This document shows positions 46,045 to 56,251 of a DNA stretch of 64,000 nucleotides, piece by piece. The stretch's first letter is position 1; each line of letters starts with the position of its first letter. Under the pieces are notes generated by a model. It saw nothing but the letters and a program-made list of their open reading frames with translations, ran no database searches and was not told the origin of the DNA. The stretch is taken from contig JAAEMX010000211.1 in assembly GCA_024225035.1 (NCBI GenBank), forward strand, positions 22,658 to 86,657. Direction: 5' to 3'. This stretch comes from Lentisphaerota bacterium (GTDB lineage: Bacteria; Verrucomicrobiota; Lentisphaeria; Victivallales; Victivallaceae). Made by a program: the position numbers and the translations under genes.

Positions 46045-47435
46045 TTTGATATCTCCCTCAAGGCAATTTTGTTTAAAGCTGTAGCTGCTGCGGCTTTTGG
46101 AGCTATACGAGCTGTATTAGCTAAAAGCGGCAGCAAATATTCATGGTCAGCGAAGAACTCAGGGTTTTCCGGTAACAGTATCTCCTCTTCCGGATTAACA
46201 GATGTGGCACCTGCAAAAGTATCCTTCAGAATTTCATTACCAGCCTGAGCAAGAAAACCGCCGGTTCCGATTATAGTCTGGATCCGCTGCAGGTTTTTTC
46301 CTGTTTGAACAGAAGTCGGCCCTACAATTGTGTAAACGGTTCTTCTTCGCCCGGAGTGTCTGACTGCCGCAGTTCTCAAACAGACAGCTGCAAGCAGTTT
46401 TTCCAGTTTTTTTTCAGTGTCATTTTTGGGCAGGTATGAAGGCTCTTCTTTAAATTTAAAAAGAAAAGCATCCAGTTCATCTCTGCTAAGTGAGTTTTCC
46501 TCCAGCTTAAATTCTACAAATCTTGCATCTGACGCAATTGCAGCATCGGCACAAATACGCATCCCAACGTCACCTTCTACCGTACGTTTTATATCCGGTT
46601 CAGGAAGACCTCTGGTTATTACGCTATCCGAATCAAGCTCACGCCTGGTACGAGAATAAAAATCTGTCGTTGCACCACCCATATCGATAATACAAAACTC
46701 GCGTGGTGATTTAGAGTAATCAGCCAGCACTTTGACAAATTCAAGCATGGAGTAGGGGGTCGGTACTGGAGTTTGTCCAGTACGCTCCATTAATTCATCA
46801 AGCCCTTTACCGGTGACAATCTGCTTGAGAAATATTTCTCTTATTTTTGATTGTGCCGGTACTGGATTGGGACAGTTAAGCTCCGGCAGTACATTTTCAA
46901 TTATGTGCAATTGATGCTTAGCAAGCAACTCTCTGGCTTGCTTATGCAGACTGCGGTTAGCTGCAAATATGATCGGGATATTCTTGGAAATATCTTTTAT
47001 CATATGCAGATTATGCCCGACAATTATCTCATTGCCGCCGTCAGTTCCGCCGGTAAAAAGAATAATATCAGGACGTTGATTATTAATGAGAGTTATATCT
47101 TCGTCTGTAAGTTTGTAGGCAAAAACAGATTGGATTTTGCCGCCTGCGGAACAGGCGGCCTCCTTTGCCATTTTAAGCGTTAGTTCCGGCACAACACCAA
47201 TAGCTGCTATAGCCAGGCCGCCTTTGGCAGAAGAAGAATAAACCAAACTGCAGTTTCCCGGTATCTCTTCACTGCCGAACAGATCAAGACAACACGAAGA
47301 AAAGCCATCAGCAAGATGACTTGTTGTTGTCGGAACGCAGGTTCTGCTTATAAGTTCAAGGCTTTCATCATAATATCTGAATAAAGCCCCTTTCGTAAAA
47401 GTGGAACCAATATCAATACTGACTATTTTGTCCAT
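46041..47435 (-). CDS. glmL: glutamate mutase accessory/chaperone protein GlmL (MutL)
   Basis: ASKHA-fold N-terminus MDKIVSIDIGSTFTKGALF; located between the S and E subunits. Confidence 0.8.
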   Translation of the reverse strand: MDKIVSIDIGSTFTKGALFRYYDESLELISRTCVPTTTSHLADGFSSCCLDLFGSEEIPGNCSLVYSSSAKGGLAIAAIGVVPELTLKMAKEAACSAGGKIQSVFAYKLTDEDITLINNQRPDIILFTGGTDGGNEIIVGHNLHMIKDISKNIPIIFAANRSLHKQARELLAKHQLHIIENVLPELNCPNPVPAQSKIREIFLKQIVTGKGLDELMERTGQTPVPTPYSMLEFVKVLADYSKSPREFCIIDMGGATTDFYSRTRRELDSDSVITRGLPEPDIKRTVEGDVGMRICADAAIASDARFVEFKLEENSLSRDELDAFLFKFKEEPSYLPKNDTEKKLEKLLAAVCLRTAAVRHSGRRRTVYTIVGPTSVQTGKNLQRIQTIIGTGGFLAQAGNEILKDTFAGATSVNPEEEILLPENPEFFADHEYLLPLLANTARIAPKAAAATALNKIALREISK

Positions 47436-47859
47436 CTTCAGCCCTGCGACCCAAAATATCTTGTTTCAGAAAATTTATACAATCTTCAAGAGGGGTATCC
47501 GGAGTAAAAACTCTGTCATATCCCATACTCTTGAACTTAGTTACAATTTCTTCGTTTGGAGTTTTTCCGACAACCAGGTTGCCGCCGACATATAGAATTA
47601 CGTTTTCAAGGCCGCGTTCGACACAGCGTTCGCGAAAACCCTGGCAGTCTATTTCGCCATGCCCGTAAAGGGAGGAGACTATAATTGCTTCTGCCCCGGT
47701 TTCTATTGCAGCATCTATGTATTCATCTTGACTTACCATTACGCCAAGGTTCACAACATTGAATCCTGCTTCGCTGAAAACTCTTTCGAGAATTTTATTT
47801 CCAACAGCGTGACAGTCAGCACCTATCACACCCAAAACCATGGTTGCATGTTCCATCAT
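47413..47859 (-). CDS. glmS: glutamate mutase S/sigma subunit (B12-binding)
   Basis: B12-binding DxHxxG motif (GADCHAVGNKIL) in a 148-aa protein. Confidence 0.85.
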   Translation of the reverse strand: MMEHATMVLGVIGADCHAVGNKILERVFSEAGFNVVNLGVMVSQDEYIDAAIETGAEAIIVSSLYGHGEIDCQGFRERCVERGLENVILYVGGNLVVGKTPNEEIVTKFKSMGYDRVFTPDTPLEDCINFLKQDILGRRAEDGQNSQY

Positions 47860-47885
47860 TCAAACCCGTTACAGTGTAACGCTCC

Positions 47886-48896
47886 TTAACGTTTTTCCAT
47901 TAGTTCTGAAATCTTTTCCTCAATCCTGATCAAAGCCGTTCTTTCCAATTGGTATTCGAAACGAATTATTATCCCACCACGCTGAAGGAAGTCACTGAAT
48001 GCATTACTGCAGACTTTGTCTTCTTCCAATGTGCACTTGGGAGGCGTAATCAGAACTGTCTTGTTTTCCAAAAAGGCATTAATATTTTCAGGAGAACTTT
48101 CTGGAAGCCATGGTTTATTTTTCAGGCTTATATGAAATTCCCCGAGTTTATTTTTAATAATATTATAGAAATTCTCGCTTTGAGAAATAATCCCTATATT
48201 GTTGTTCCTCGGGATGGTTGCCAGGTCAATTATTGTCTGCTGGCTGGGAGTTACTACAGCTTGAATTAAGCGATCTTTACACTCAGACAAAACACCACTG
48301 ATCTCCGGATAATGAGTTGTGGTTGTAAGAATAAGATCAAAATTTCTCAGTTGTTTACAAGTTCTGGGTTTTGATAGTTTATTGAGCAGAAACTTATGGA
48401 GGCGAACATTCGCCAAATGTTGCAGTTGTGACTCAAATATTGAAAGAGCTTCAGGATTACAGTCAACTCCGGCAATATGGAAATTTTCCAGTCTGCGCTG
48501 TCTGTCCATAAGTAGAAGCTGCAGCATGGTGCTGATTTCCTGATGAGTGAAATTTAGCTTTTCGAGAGATTCTATACTTTGATTAAGCAGCTTAACAGCT
48601 GTTTCTTTACGGCTGACCGGAACAACATCCTGCTGCGAGGATACAAAAGTTCCTCTGCCATGCACGATTTGAATAACATGATTAACGGCCAGGCGTTCAT
48701 ACGCTTTTTTTACGGTGCCTCGTGCTGTCCCGATTTCCTGAGCAAGTTCACGTTCAGGAGGTAGTTTATCTCCTGCTTTCAGCTGACCACTTTGGATCTG
48801 CTGTGTCACGCGCTCAATAATCTGACGATATACTGGCATATCTGAGTTTTTGTCAATCGTAATGCGCATTGTTTTCCTTATCTTTTTTGATAGCAA
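47886..48896 (-). CDS. GntR-family transcriptional regulator with C-terminal ligand-binding domain
   Basis: N-terminal winged HTH (PVYRQIIERVTQQIQSGQLKAGDKLPPERELAQEIGTARGTVKKAY); directly upstream of the glm operon. Confidence 0.7.
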   Translation of the reverse strand: MLSKKIRKTMRITIDKNSDMPVYRQIIERVTQQIQSGQLKAGDKLPPERELAQEIGTARGTVKKAYERLAVNHVIQIVHGRGTFVSSQQDVVPVSRKETAVKLLNQSIESLEKLNFTHQEISTMLQLLLMDRQRRLENFHIAGVDCNPEALSIFESQLQHLANVRLHKFLLNKLSKPRTCKQLRNFDLILTTTTHYPEISGVLSECKDRLIQAVVTPSQQTIIDLATIPRNNNIGIISQSENFYNIIKNKLGEFHISLKNKPWLPESSPENINAFLENKTVLITPPKCTLEEDKVCSNAFSDFLQRGGIIIRFEYQLERTALIRIEEKISELMEKR

Positions 48897-49062
48897 ACGT
48901 TGACTACTAAAAAGTTCACATTAAAAATATAGAGGTATATACCAATAATTCAACAAAAAAAAGCATAAAAACATTAAATTTATAACATTTTTATGCAGGA
49001 AGTTATTAATATCTATTTTTAATAGCATAGTACATCACTAGGCAGGACTATACCTTTATGGT

Positions 49063-49860
49063 TCAGTCTGCAATAATCTGCATCATTTCGTCCAGTCCTC
49101 TGAAGACATTTCTAGGACGATAAGCGAATGACTCAAGTTCTTCGCGCTGAGTCACTCCACTAAGAAGCAGCACTGTATCAACCTCAGCCTCTATGCCGGC
49201 AATGATATCAGTGTCCATACGGTCGCCAATTATCACAGTGTCGCGACTGGGGGTTTCAAGAGTCTTTACGGCACGTCTCATCATCAGGGCATTAGGTTTA
49301 CCAACAAAATAAGCCTTGACTCCGGTGGCAAGCTCAATTGGAGCGATTAGAGAACCGGTGGCTGGAACAATACCCTTTTCGGTCGGGCCGGTCATATCGG
49401 GATTTGTACCGATAAGTCTTGAACCTTTTTGAATCATGAATACTGCTTTTTCAATTTGCTCAAAGTTATAAGTACGGGTATCACCCACAATCACGTAATC
49501 CGGATCTGTATCATTCATTGAGATACCACGTTCATATAATGCATTTGTCAGTCCGGCTTCACCTATAACATAGGCACTGCAACCGGGACGCTGCTTGGCC
49601 AGAAACTCAGCAGTTGCCAACGCGCTGGTATAAAAGTGTTCTTTAGGAACATCAACACCCAAGCGCAATAATTTTTCATGCAGCTCTCGACGTGTACGTT
49701 CGCTGCTGTTGGTTAAAAACAGGAATTTTTTATTATTTCTGTTCAACCAGTCAACAAACTCAGCAGCCCCCGCCAGTAAACGGTTACCGTGATAAATCAC
49801 ACCGTCCATATCCGAGATGAATGCTGATTTTTTCTTTAATATTTCATAACTTTTTTTCAT
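49063..49860 (-). CDS. HAD-IIA family hydrolase (NagD-like sugar phosphatase)
   Basis: HAD motifs FISDMDGV, LTNSS and GDRMDTDI. Confidence 0.8.
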   Translation of the reverse strand: MKKSYEILKKKSAFISDMDGVIYHGNRLLAGAAEFVDWLNRNNKKFLFLTNSSERTRRELHEKLLRLGVDVPKEHFYTSALATAEFLAKQRPGCSAYVIGEAGLTNALYERGISMNDTDPDYVIVGDTRTYNFEQIEKAVFMIQKGSRLIGTNPDMTGPTEKGIVPATGSLIAPIELATGVKAYFVGKPNALMMRRAVKTLETPSRDTVIIGDRMDTDIIAGIEAEVDTVLLLSGVTQREELESFAYRPRNVFRGLDEMMQIIAD

Positions 49861-50188
49861 AATCTTCTTTTATACTCCGTTTGTTTTACGGACTTACTGA
49901 GTTAAAAAACTCAGTCTTTATGTAATAATGTATCTTAAGCTTGTATTATACAACTATATATTTAACATTTTTATTTTTAATAACATCCGGCGTTTGACAG
50001 TTTTAAACTGTAAATGTTCCATCCTTTTCCTGTTTTGTAGAAAAACGCACCATATTTAACCCAAAACTAGCCATGAGCTCATTAATTGGTGGTGTTTAAA
50101 CTGATTTTTTTATCTGATTCTCTGGACAAAGCTGAATATTCATTAATATTATAAAGAACTTTTGATTTATATATAGTGGAGGAATCCT

Positions 50189-52852
50189 TTGAGCGAAATA
50201 AAACTTACGCCAATGATGAAGCAATACCAGCAGGCAAAGTCTGAAATACCTGAAGACGCGATTCTGCTGTTCAGGCTTGGGGATTTCTATGAAATGTTTT
50301 TTACAGACGCAGCCAAGGCCAGTGCCATTATGGGCATTGCGCTTACTAAACGCGGCGGCATACCTATGTGCGGGTTCCCATATCATAACCTTGAGGTTCA
50401 ATTACCAAAACTCCTGAATGCCGGAGTAAAGGTGGCAATTGCCGAACAAGTGGAAGACCCCAAACTGGCAAAAGGCATTGTCAAGCGAGAAATCACCCGA
50501 ATTATAACACCTGGTACGGTTGTGGACAGCTCTGTCCTGCAGCCCGAAAAAAATAATTTCCTTGCCGCTCTTTGTGCCGGCAAGAAAACTTACGGTCTGG
50601 CATCTCTTGATATCAGCACCGGAGAGTTCAAAGTAACTGAACTTGATACTATCGATAAAGTTGAAACTGAGCTTCTGCGCCTCGGCGTTCGCGAGTGTCT
50701 GCTCGCAGAGTCCCTACATGCACAATGGGAAAAAGAAAACTGTATTCCAGCACAGGGCACAAAGCTGCTCTGGACCCCCTTGGATGATTGGGTATTTGCT
50801 TTTGACTGCGCAGAAGAGTCACTGAAACGTCAGTTTGACGCTGCGTCTCTGGATGGCTTTGGCTGCAGAGGGTTGAAAGCCGGAGTATCTGCTGCTGGCG
50901 CGGTTCTACATTACGCTACTGAAAACTTACGCCAAAACGCTACCCATGTAAAGAAGCTCAGAGTTTACAGCAGTACCTCTTATATGGAGCTGGATTCTAT
51001 ATCGCAGCGTAATCTGGAGCTTGTTGAGCCAATGTTTGGCAACGGTAAAGCCGGTACTTTGCTTGGCGTACTGGACAAAACCTGTACCCCTATGGGAGGG
51101 CGTTTGCTGCGAGACTGGATATTGCGCCCGCTTTTTGAAAAAGATGCTGTAACAGCAAGACTGGATACAGTTGAAGCATTTAGAGATGACCCGTTATCTC
51201 TGGCTGAACTCCGCGAAATAATCAGTGGAGTCCGTGACCTCGAGCGCATAACTGCCCGTTTAAATATAGGCAGTGCCAATGCCCGTGATATGCTTGCACT
51301 AGCTAACGGTTTGGCTGTAGTACCTGACATAAAGCATATGCTGGAAAATTTTGATACCGTTTTGATTGATGATCTACAACAGAATATTCACGACCTGCCT
51401 GAGCTTAACGAACATATACAGCAGACAATTGCCGATGAGCCGCCACTCACATTAATGGATGGCGATATAATCAGGACAGGTTACAACGAGCGTCTTGATG
51501 AGTTGCGCAGTGCCTCAACTGAAGGCAAAAGCTGGCTTAGCGGAGTGCAGAGCCGAGAGCAGGAGCGCACCGGCATTAAATCATTAAAGGTAAAATACAA
51601 CAAAGTATTTGGGTATTATATCGAAATAAGCAAGTCCAACCTGGGCAATGTGCCTGATGATTATATTCGCAAGCAGACTTTAGTTAATGCTGAAAGGTTT
51701 ATCACTCCTGAGCTTAAAGAGATTGAGAGTAAAATTCTCGGTGCTGAAGATAAGTCCAAAGCATTGGAATATCAACTTTTTCAGGAATTGCGGGAATTTG
51801 CACTGCAATTTACGACAAGCATTCAGGATACCGCTGCATCATTGGCTGTACTTGATGTGTTGTGCTCACTGGCGGAATGCGCCCGTTCATATAACTACAT
51901 CCGACCAAGAATATCTGAGGATGAAACTCTTTACCTGAAAGGCGGCAGACACCCTGTGCTTGACGCTTACATGCAGGGTGAGCGCTTTGTTCCTAATGAT
52001 ACAATTCTTGATGGTGACCTTAACCGCATAATGATAATAACCGGCCCTAACATGGCTGGTAAATCAACATACATCAGGCAAACCGCTCTACTGGTACTAA
52101 TGGCGCAGATGGGATCGTTTATCCCCGCAGAAAAAGCTACAGTCGGATTGGTTGACCGGATATTCACGAGGGTAGGGGCTGCTGACGACATTTCACGAGG
52201 GCAGAGTACCTTTATGGTTGAGATGGTTGAAACAGCAAATATATTGAATCATGTGACAGGAAAGAGTCTGGTTATTCTGGATGAAATTGGTCGCGGCACC
52301 AGCACATTTGACGGCTTAAGCATTGCCTGGGCTGTGGCTGAATTTTTGCATGACGCTCCTGAATGCCAGGCGAGAACACTTTTTGCAACGCATTATCATG
52401 AACTCACAGAAATGGCGCTCACCAAGCGTGGAGTTAAAAATTATAATGTAGCAGTAAAGGAATATGGTGATCAGATTATCTTCCTGAGACAAATTGTTCC
52501 GGGAGGCACCGACAAAAGCTACGGCATACATGTAGCCAAACTGGCAGGGTTACCTCAATCTGTGGTTAGCAGGGCTAATGAAATTCTGGTCAATCTGGAA
52601 AATTCAGCTATGGGTAAAAATGGTGAACCTGTTCTTGCTGTTCATCACAAGGAAACTGAGTTAGAATATGCTCCAGCGACAAGCAAGAGTTATACTTTTG
52701 TAGAGGAGGAAGTTTCTGAAGATAATGAAGCTCCCTCTCCAAAAAAGAAAAAAGCTAAAAGAAAAGCTGCAAAACCTGTTCGCAAAAAAGTAAAAGGAAA
52801 AAAAACATATAAAGAAGCAGATTCAGATTCAGTACAACCTATGTTGTTTTAA
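50189..52852 (+). CDS. mutS: DNA mismatch repair protein MutS
   Basis: N-terminal mismatch-binding motif (TPMMKQY, GDFYE), Walker A GPNMAGKST, and a C-terminal Lys-rich tail ending in QPMLF. Confidence 0.95.
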   Translation: MSEIKLTPMMKQYQQAKSEIPEDAILLFRLGDFYEMFFTDAAKASAIMGIALTKRGGIPMCGFPYHNLEVQLPKLLNAGVKVAIAEQVEDPKLAKGIVKREITRIITPGTVVDSSVLQPEKNNFLAALCAGKKTYGLASLDISTGEFKVTELDTIDKVETELLRLGVRECLLAESLHAQWEKENCIPAQGTKLLWTPLDDWVFAFDCAEESLKRQFDAASLDGFGCRGLKAGVSAAGAVLHYATENLRQNATHVKKLRVYSSTSYMELDSISQRNLELVEPMFGNGKAGTLLGVLDKTCTPMGGRLLRDWILRPLFEKDAVTARLDTVEAFRDDPLSLAELREIISGVRDLERITARLNIGSANARDMLALANGLAVVPDIKHMLENFDTVLIDDLQQNIHDLPELNEHIQQTIADEPPLTLMDGDIIRTGYNERLDELRSASTEGKSWLSGVQSREQERTGIKSLKVKYNKVFGYYIEISKSNLGNVPDDYIRKQTLVNAERFITPELKEIESKILGAEDKSKALEYQLFQELREFALQFTTSIQDTAASLAVLDVLCSLAECARSYNYIRPRISEDETLYLKGGRHPVLDAYMQGERFVPNDTILDGDLNRIMIITGPNMAGKSTYIRQTALLVLMAQMGSFIPAEKATVGLVDRIFTRVGAADDISRGQSTFMVEMVETANILNHVTGKSLVILDEIGRGTSTFDGLSIAWAVAEFLHDAPECQARTLFATHYHELTEMALTKRGVKNYNVAVKEYGDQIIFLRQIVPGGTDKSYGIHVAKLAGLPQSVVSRANEILVNLENSAMGKNGEPVLAVHHKETELEYAPATSKSYTFVEEEVSEDNEAPSPKKKKAKRKAAKPVRKKVKGKKTYKEADSDSVQPMLF

Positions 52853-52875
52853 TTCATTTTTATAAATTTAAGCAT

Positions 52876-52919
52876 AAAAAATCCCGGTCAAATGAATTTC
52901 TGACCGGGATTTTGTTTTT
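52876..52919. terminator. bidirectional rho-independent terminator between mutS and metG
   Basis: 10-bp perfect stem atcccggtca/tgaccgggat flanked by an A-run and a T-run. Confidence 0.7.
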
Positions 52920-52926
52920 ATAAATC

Positions 52927-54876
52927 TTAGCCTACAGTCGCTCCGCTTGGGAACTCTCCGTCGACAGTAACAATTTTCAAGTCTTTTCCAGTTTTGGCCG
53001 CAAGCAGCATACCTTGTGATTCAACCCCACGTATTTTGGCTGGTTTCAGGTTAGCTACAACAACAACAACTTTGCCTATGATATCCTCCGGAGAGTAAAA
53101 TTCGGCAATTCCAGCAATTAACTGACGTTGCTCATCACCAACTTCAATTTGAAGTTTCAGCAGTTTATCAGCACCTTTCACTTTTTCAGCTTCGAGGATT
53201 TTCGCTGTACGCAGCTCAGTTTTGAAGAAATCATCAATAGTAATAACACCTTCAGGAAGCTCAACTTTCTTTTCAGCTTTTTGCTTTTTCTTAGCTGGTT
53301 TTGGCGGCTCAAGTTTAATTGCTTCAATCTCTTCAAGTTTTACCCTCAGGAACAGCGCATCAATGTCATTCATTTCCAGCCCGCTGAGAATATTATCATT
53401 TTTCTTAAGATCACCGATATGACAGTTGTCAAGCTTTTCGCCGGAAAGCCCGAGAGCTTTTCGCAAGTCAGCCATTTTACCAGGCATAACAGGGTGCAGC
53501 AGCACTGATACTTTACGCAACGCTTCCGCAGCACAGTACAGCACTGTATCCAAGCGTTCGTTATCGCCTTTCTTGGCCAGAGTCCATGGTGCAGTTTGCT
53601 CCATATAACGGTTACCGGCACGAACTGCATTCATTACATGATCAATACCCTGGTTCAGGCGCATATCTACAATAGCTTTTTCCATTTCCTCAACTGCATT
53701 ATCAACAGCAGCCATAAGTGTTTTTTCAGCTTTAGTATAAGCGTTGGGCTGTGGTATAAGTCCATCACGGTGTCTAAGGTTCATCTTAACTACACGGCTA
53801 AGAAGATTTCCAAGGTCATTTGCCAAGTCGCTGTTGTAGCGGTTTACAAAAGCTTCTTCTGTGAATGAAGCATCCTGTCCGAGAGTCATTTCAGCCATCA
53901 GGAAATAACGGAATGAATCAACCCCATATTTCTGGATCATTTCCATCGGATTTACTACATTACCAAGAGATTTACTCATTTTGTCTCTACCGGTCAGCCA
54001 CCAGCCATGAGCATAAATCGTTCTTGGCAGCTCAATACCGATCGCTTTCATCATTGTCGGCCAGTAAACAGTATGAGTTGTAAGAATATCCTTACCAATG
54101 AGGTGATATGATGCCGGCCACCATTTTTTGAACTGTTCATCGTTCTGATTAAAGCCAACTCCTGATATGTAGTTAATCAACGCATCAAACCAGACATAAC
54201 AGACATAGTCATTATCAAAAGGCAGTTCAATGCCCCATGAAAGACGTGATTTAGGACGTGATATACAAAGGTCACCTAAAGGCTGTTTCAGGAACCCTAA
54301 AGTTTCATTAGCCCTGAAAGCAGGCTGAATAAACTCAGGGTTCGTTTTTATATAATCAATCAGCCACTCTTGATACTGGCTCATGCGGAAAAAGTAATTT
54401 GACTCCACAATTTCCTGAATATCACGCTGACATTCAGGACAGCATTTATTTTCATCGATATCTTTTTCTGTAAAGAAACGTTCACAGGGAACACAGTAGT
54501 AACCGCTATATTCATCCTTATAAATAAGGTCGCGATCGAAAAGGTCCTGAAGTATTTCCTGAACAACTTTTTTATGAGCCCCGTCAGTTGTACGAATAAA
54601 TTTATCATTGGTTATTTCCAGCTCACGCCAAAGCTCTTGAAATCTTATAACTGTATCATTGCATTGTTCCAGTGGTGATATGCCTTTAGCTTCAGCGGCT
54701 TTCTGTACTTTTTGCCCGTGTTCATCTGTTCCTGTCAGAAAAAATGTAGGGGCATCAAGTGACCGGTTATATCTGGCTAGAACATCGGCAAGGATGGTTG
54801 TATAAGCATGCCCGATGTGCGGTTTATCATTAACATAATATATTGGAGTAGTAATATAAAACTTTTCCTGACTCAT
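52927..54876 (-). CDS. metG: methionine--tRNA ligase with C-terminal tRNA-binding (EMAP-like) domain
   Basis: HIGH motif (PHIGHAYT), KMSKS motif, Zn knuckle (CPECQ) and a C-terminal OB-fold. Start moved to MSQEKFYITTP at 54876. Confidence 0.92.
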   Translation of the reverse strand: MSQEKFYITTPIYYVNDKPHIGHAYTTILADVLARYNRSLDAPTFFLTGTDEHGQKVQKAAEAKGISPLEQCNDTVIRFQELWRELEITNDKFIRTTDGAHKKVVQEILQDLFDRDLIYKDEYSGYYCVPCERFFTEKDIDENKCCPECQRDIQEIVESNYFFRMSQYQEWLIDYIKTNPEFIQPAFRANETLGFLKQPLGDLCISRPKSRLSWGIELPFDNDYVCYVWFDALINYISGVGFNQNDEQFKKWWPASYHLIGKDILTTHTVYWPTMMKAIGIELPRTIYAHGWWLTGRDKMSKSLGNVVNPMEMIQKYGVDSFRYFLMAEMTLGQDASFTEEAFVNRYNSDLANDLGNLLSRVVKMNLRHRDGLIPQPNAYTKAEKTLMAAVDNAVEEMEKAIVDMRLNQGIDHVMNAVRAGNRYMEQTAPWTLAKKGDNERLDTVLYCAAEALRKVSVLLHPVMPGKMADLRKALGLSGEKLDNCHIGDLKKNDNILSGLEMNDIDALFLRVKLEEIEAIKLEPPKPAKKKQKAEKKVELPEGVITIDDFFKTELRTAKILEAEKVKGADKLLKLQIEVGDEQRQLIAGIAEFYSPEDIIGKVVVVVANLKPAKIRGVESQGMLLAAKTGKDLKIVTVDGEFPSGATVG

Positions 54877-55124
54877 ATCTGTTGATCCTTTATTTAAATG
54901 GATATTTTTATTGTAAAACATGTAATTTACCTTGTTGTACAGATATTGCAATTAGTTCCCGGAAAAACCTTTTGACTCAGTCTAAATAAGAAAGCAAATT
55001 AGAAAAATGAGATAATACTGAACAATATTTTACTGCTCTTGAAAATAAAGAAATATCCAGAATAAAACCCTAAAGCTAAAAGACTGAAGCTGGCAGCGTT
55101 AATGAAATTGCAGGATAGCCTTAT

Positions 55125-56030
55125 CTACATCATTGAACTACTGAAGTAGCGTTCAACACGGTCAGGAAGAACAGTGCCTATTCGAGCGCCAGGGAATTCT
55201 GCAGCTATTTTTCGAGCCGCAAAAATATTAGCTCTGGCAGAAATGCCCGTCATTAATCCGTACTTGCAGTTTAACTCTCTTGCTGTCTCAATTGCTTCAT
55301 CATCTGTTACTTCAATAACTTCATCAATCATAGATGGATTAAGTATTTTAGGTATAAAACCGTCTCCTATACCCTGTATTTGATGTAAGCCCGGCTCATG
55401 GCCCATTAACGCCGAAACATTTTTGGGTTCAACCGCTATGAGTTTGACGTTTGGCTTGTGCTTTTTAAGAAATTCTCCTATACCCTGTAACGTTCCACCG
55501 CTGCCGACTCCGGCTACAAAAACATCAATATTGCCTCTCATTTGCCGCCATAGTTCACGGGCGGTTCCCTCAAAATGAACTAGCGGATTATCCGGGTTTT
55601 CAAATTGCTGCAGAGTAAAAGCATTTGGATTGCCGGCAACAATTTCTTCTGTCTTTTTTACTGAGCCTTCAATACTGGCTTTTGCAGGGGTAAGAATTAA
55701 TTCTGCACCAAGGCTGGTTATCAGCTTTTTACGTTCTTCGCTCATATTCTCAGGCATTACAATAACAACTTTATAACCTTTCAGCCTGCCGACTAAAGCG
55801 AGTCCTATGCCTGTATTACCTGAAGTTGGTTCAACAAAAATGGTATTTTTGTTGATTTTACCACTACGCTCGGCACCCTCAATCATAGCGAGGGCTACTC
55901 GGTCTTTTATGCTGCCGCCGGGGTTTAAAAACTCTGCTTTGGCAAAGATTTTATGCGGTTTGATTTCGATTAAAGGAGTATTTCCTATTAAATCCAATAC
56001 ATTGTCAGTTGTCATTTGTAACCATACCAT
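55125..56030 (-). CDS. cysK: cysteine synthase (O-acetylserine sulfhydrylase) family PLP enzyme
   Basis: PLP-Lys motif (PGGSIKDR), a TSGNTG loop and a GxGSGGT loop. The start could instead be the internal Met at 56015. Confidence 0.8.
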   Translation of the reverse strand: MVWLQMTTDNVLDLIGNTPLIEIKPHKIFAKAEFLNPGGSIKDRVALAMIEGAERSGKINKNTIFVEPTSGNTGIGLALVGRLKGYKVVIVMPENMSEERKKLITSLGAELILTPAKASIEGSVKKTEEIVAGNPNAFTLQQFENPDNPLVHFEGTARELWRQMRGNIDVFVAGVGSGGTLQGIGEFLKKHKPNVKLIAVEPKNVSALMGHEPGLHQIQGIGDGFIPKILNPSMIDEVIEVTDDEAIETARELNCKYGLMTGISARANIFAARKIAAEFPGARIGTVLPDRVERYFSSSMM

Positions 56031-56251
56031 ATGATTTATTATTGTGCTTCGAGAAAGACTTTTGCTGATAGCAAATATTTCCTTTAATATAGCCTGCTTT
56101 TGAAAGAGACTATACTAACAATTTAGCAAAAATACCGTCTTTTTCAAGCAATAATATTAAATAACATACTCAAGGCAAACTTGAAAAGTTTATAATATAC
56201 AATTATCTTGTCTGCAAGAGAAACAGTAATTTTAAATCCTGGTAAATAATT

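Noticed and set aside
50096-50401. 101-aa minus-strand ORF in the HAD / mutS divergent intergenic region
   Set aside because: It overlaps the mutS 5' end antisense. The region is AT-rich promoter-like sequence with no motifs.
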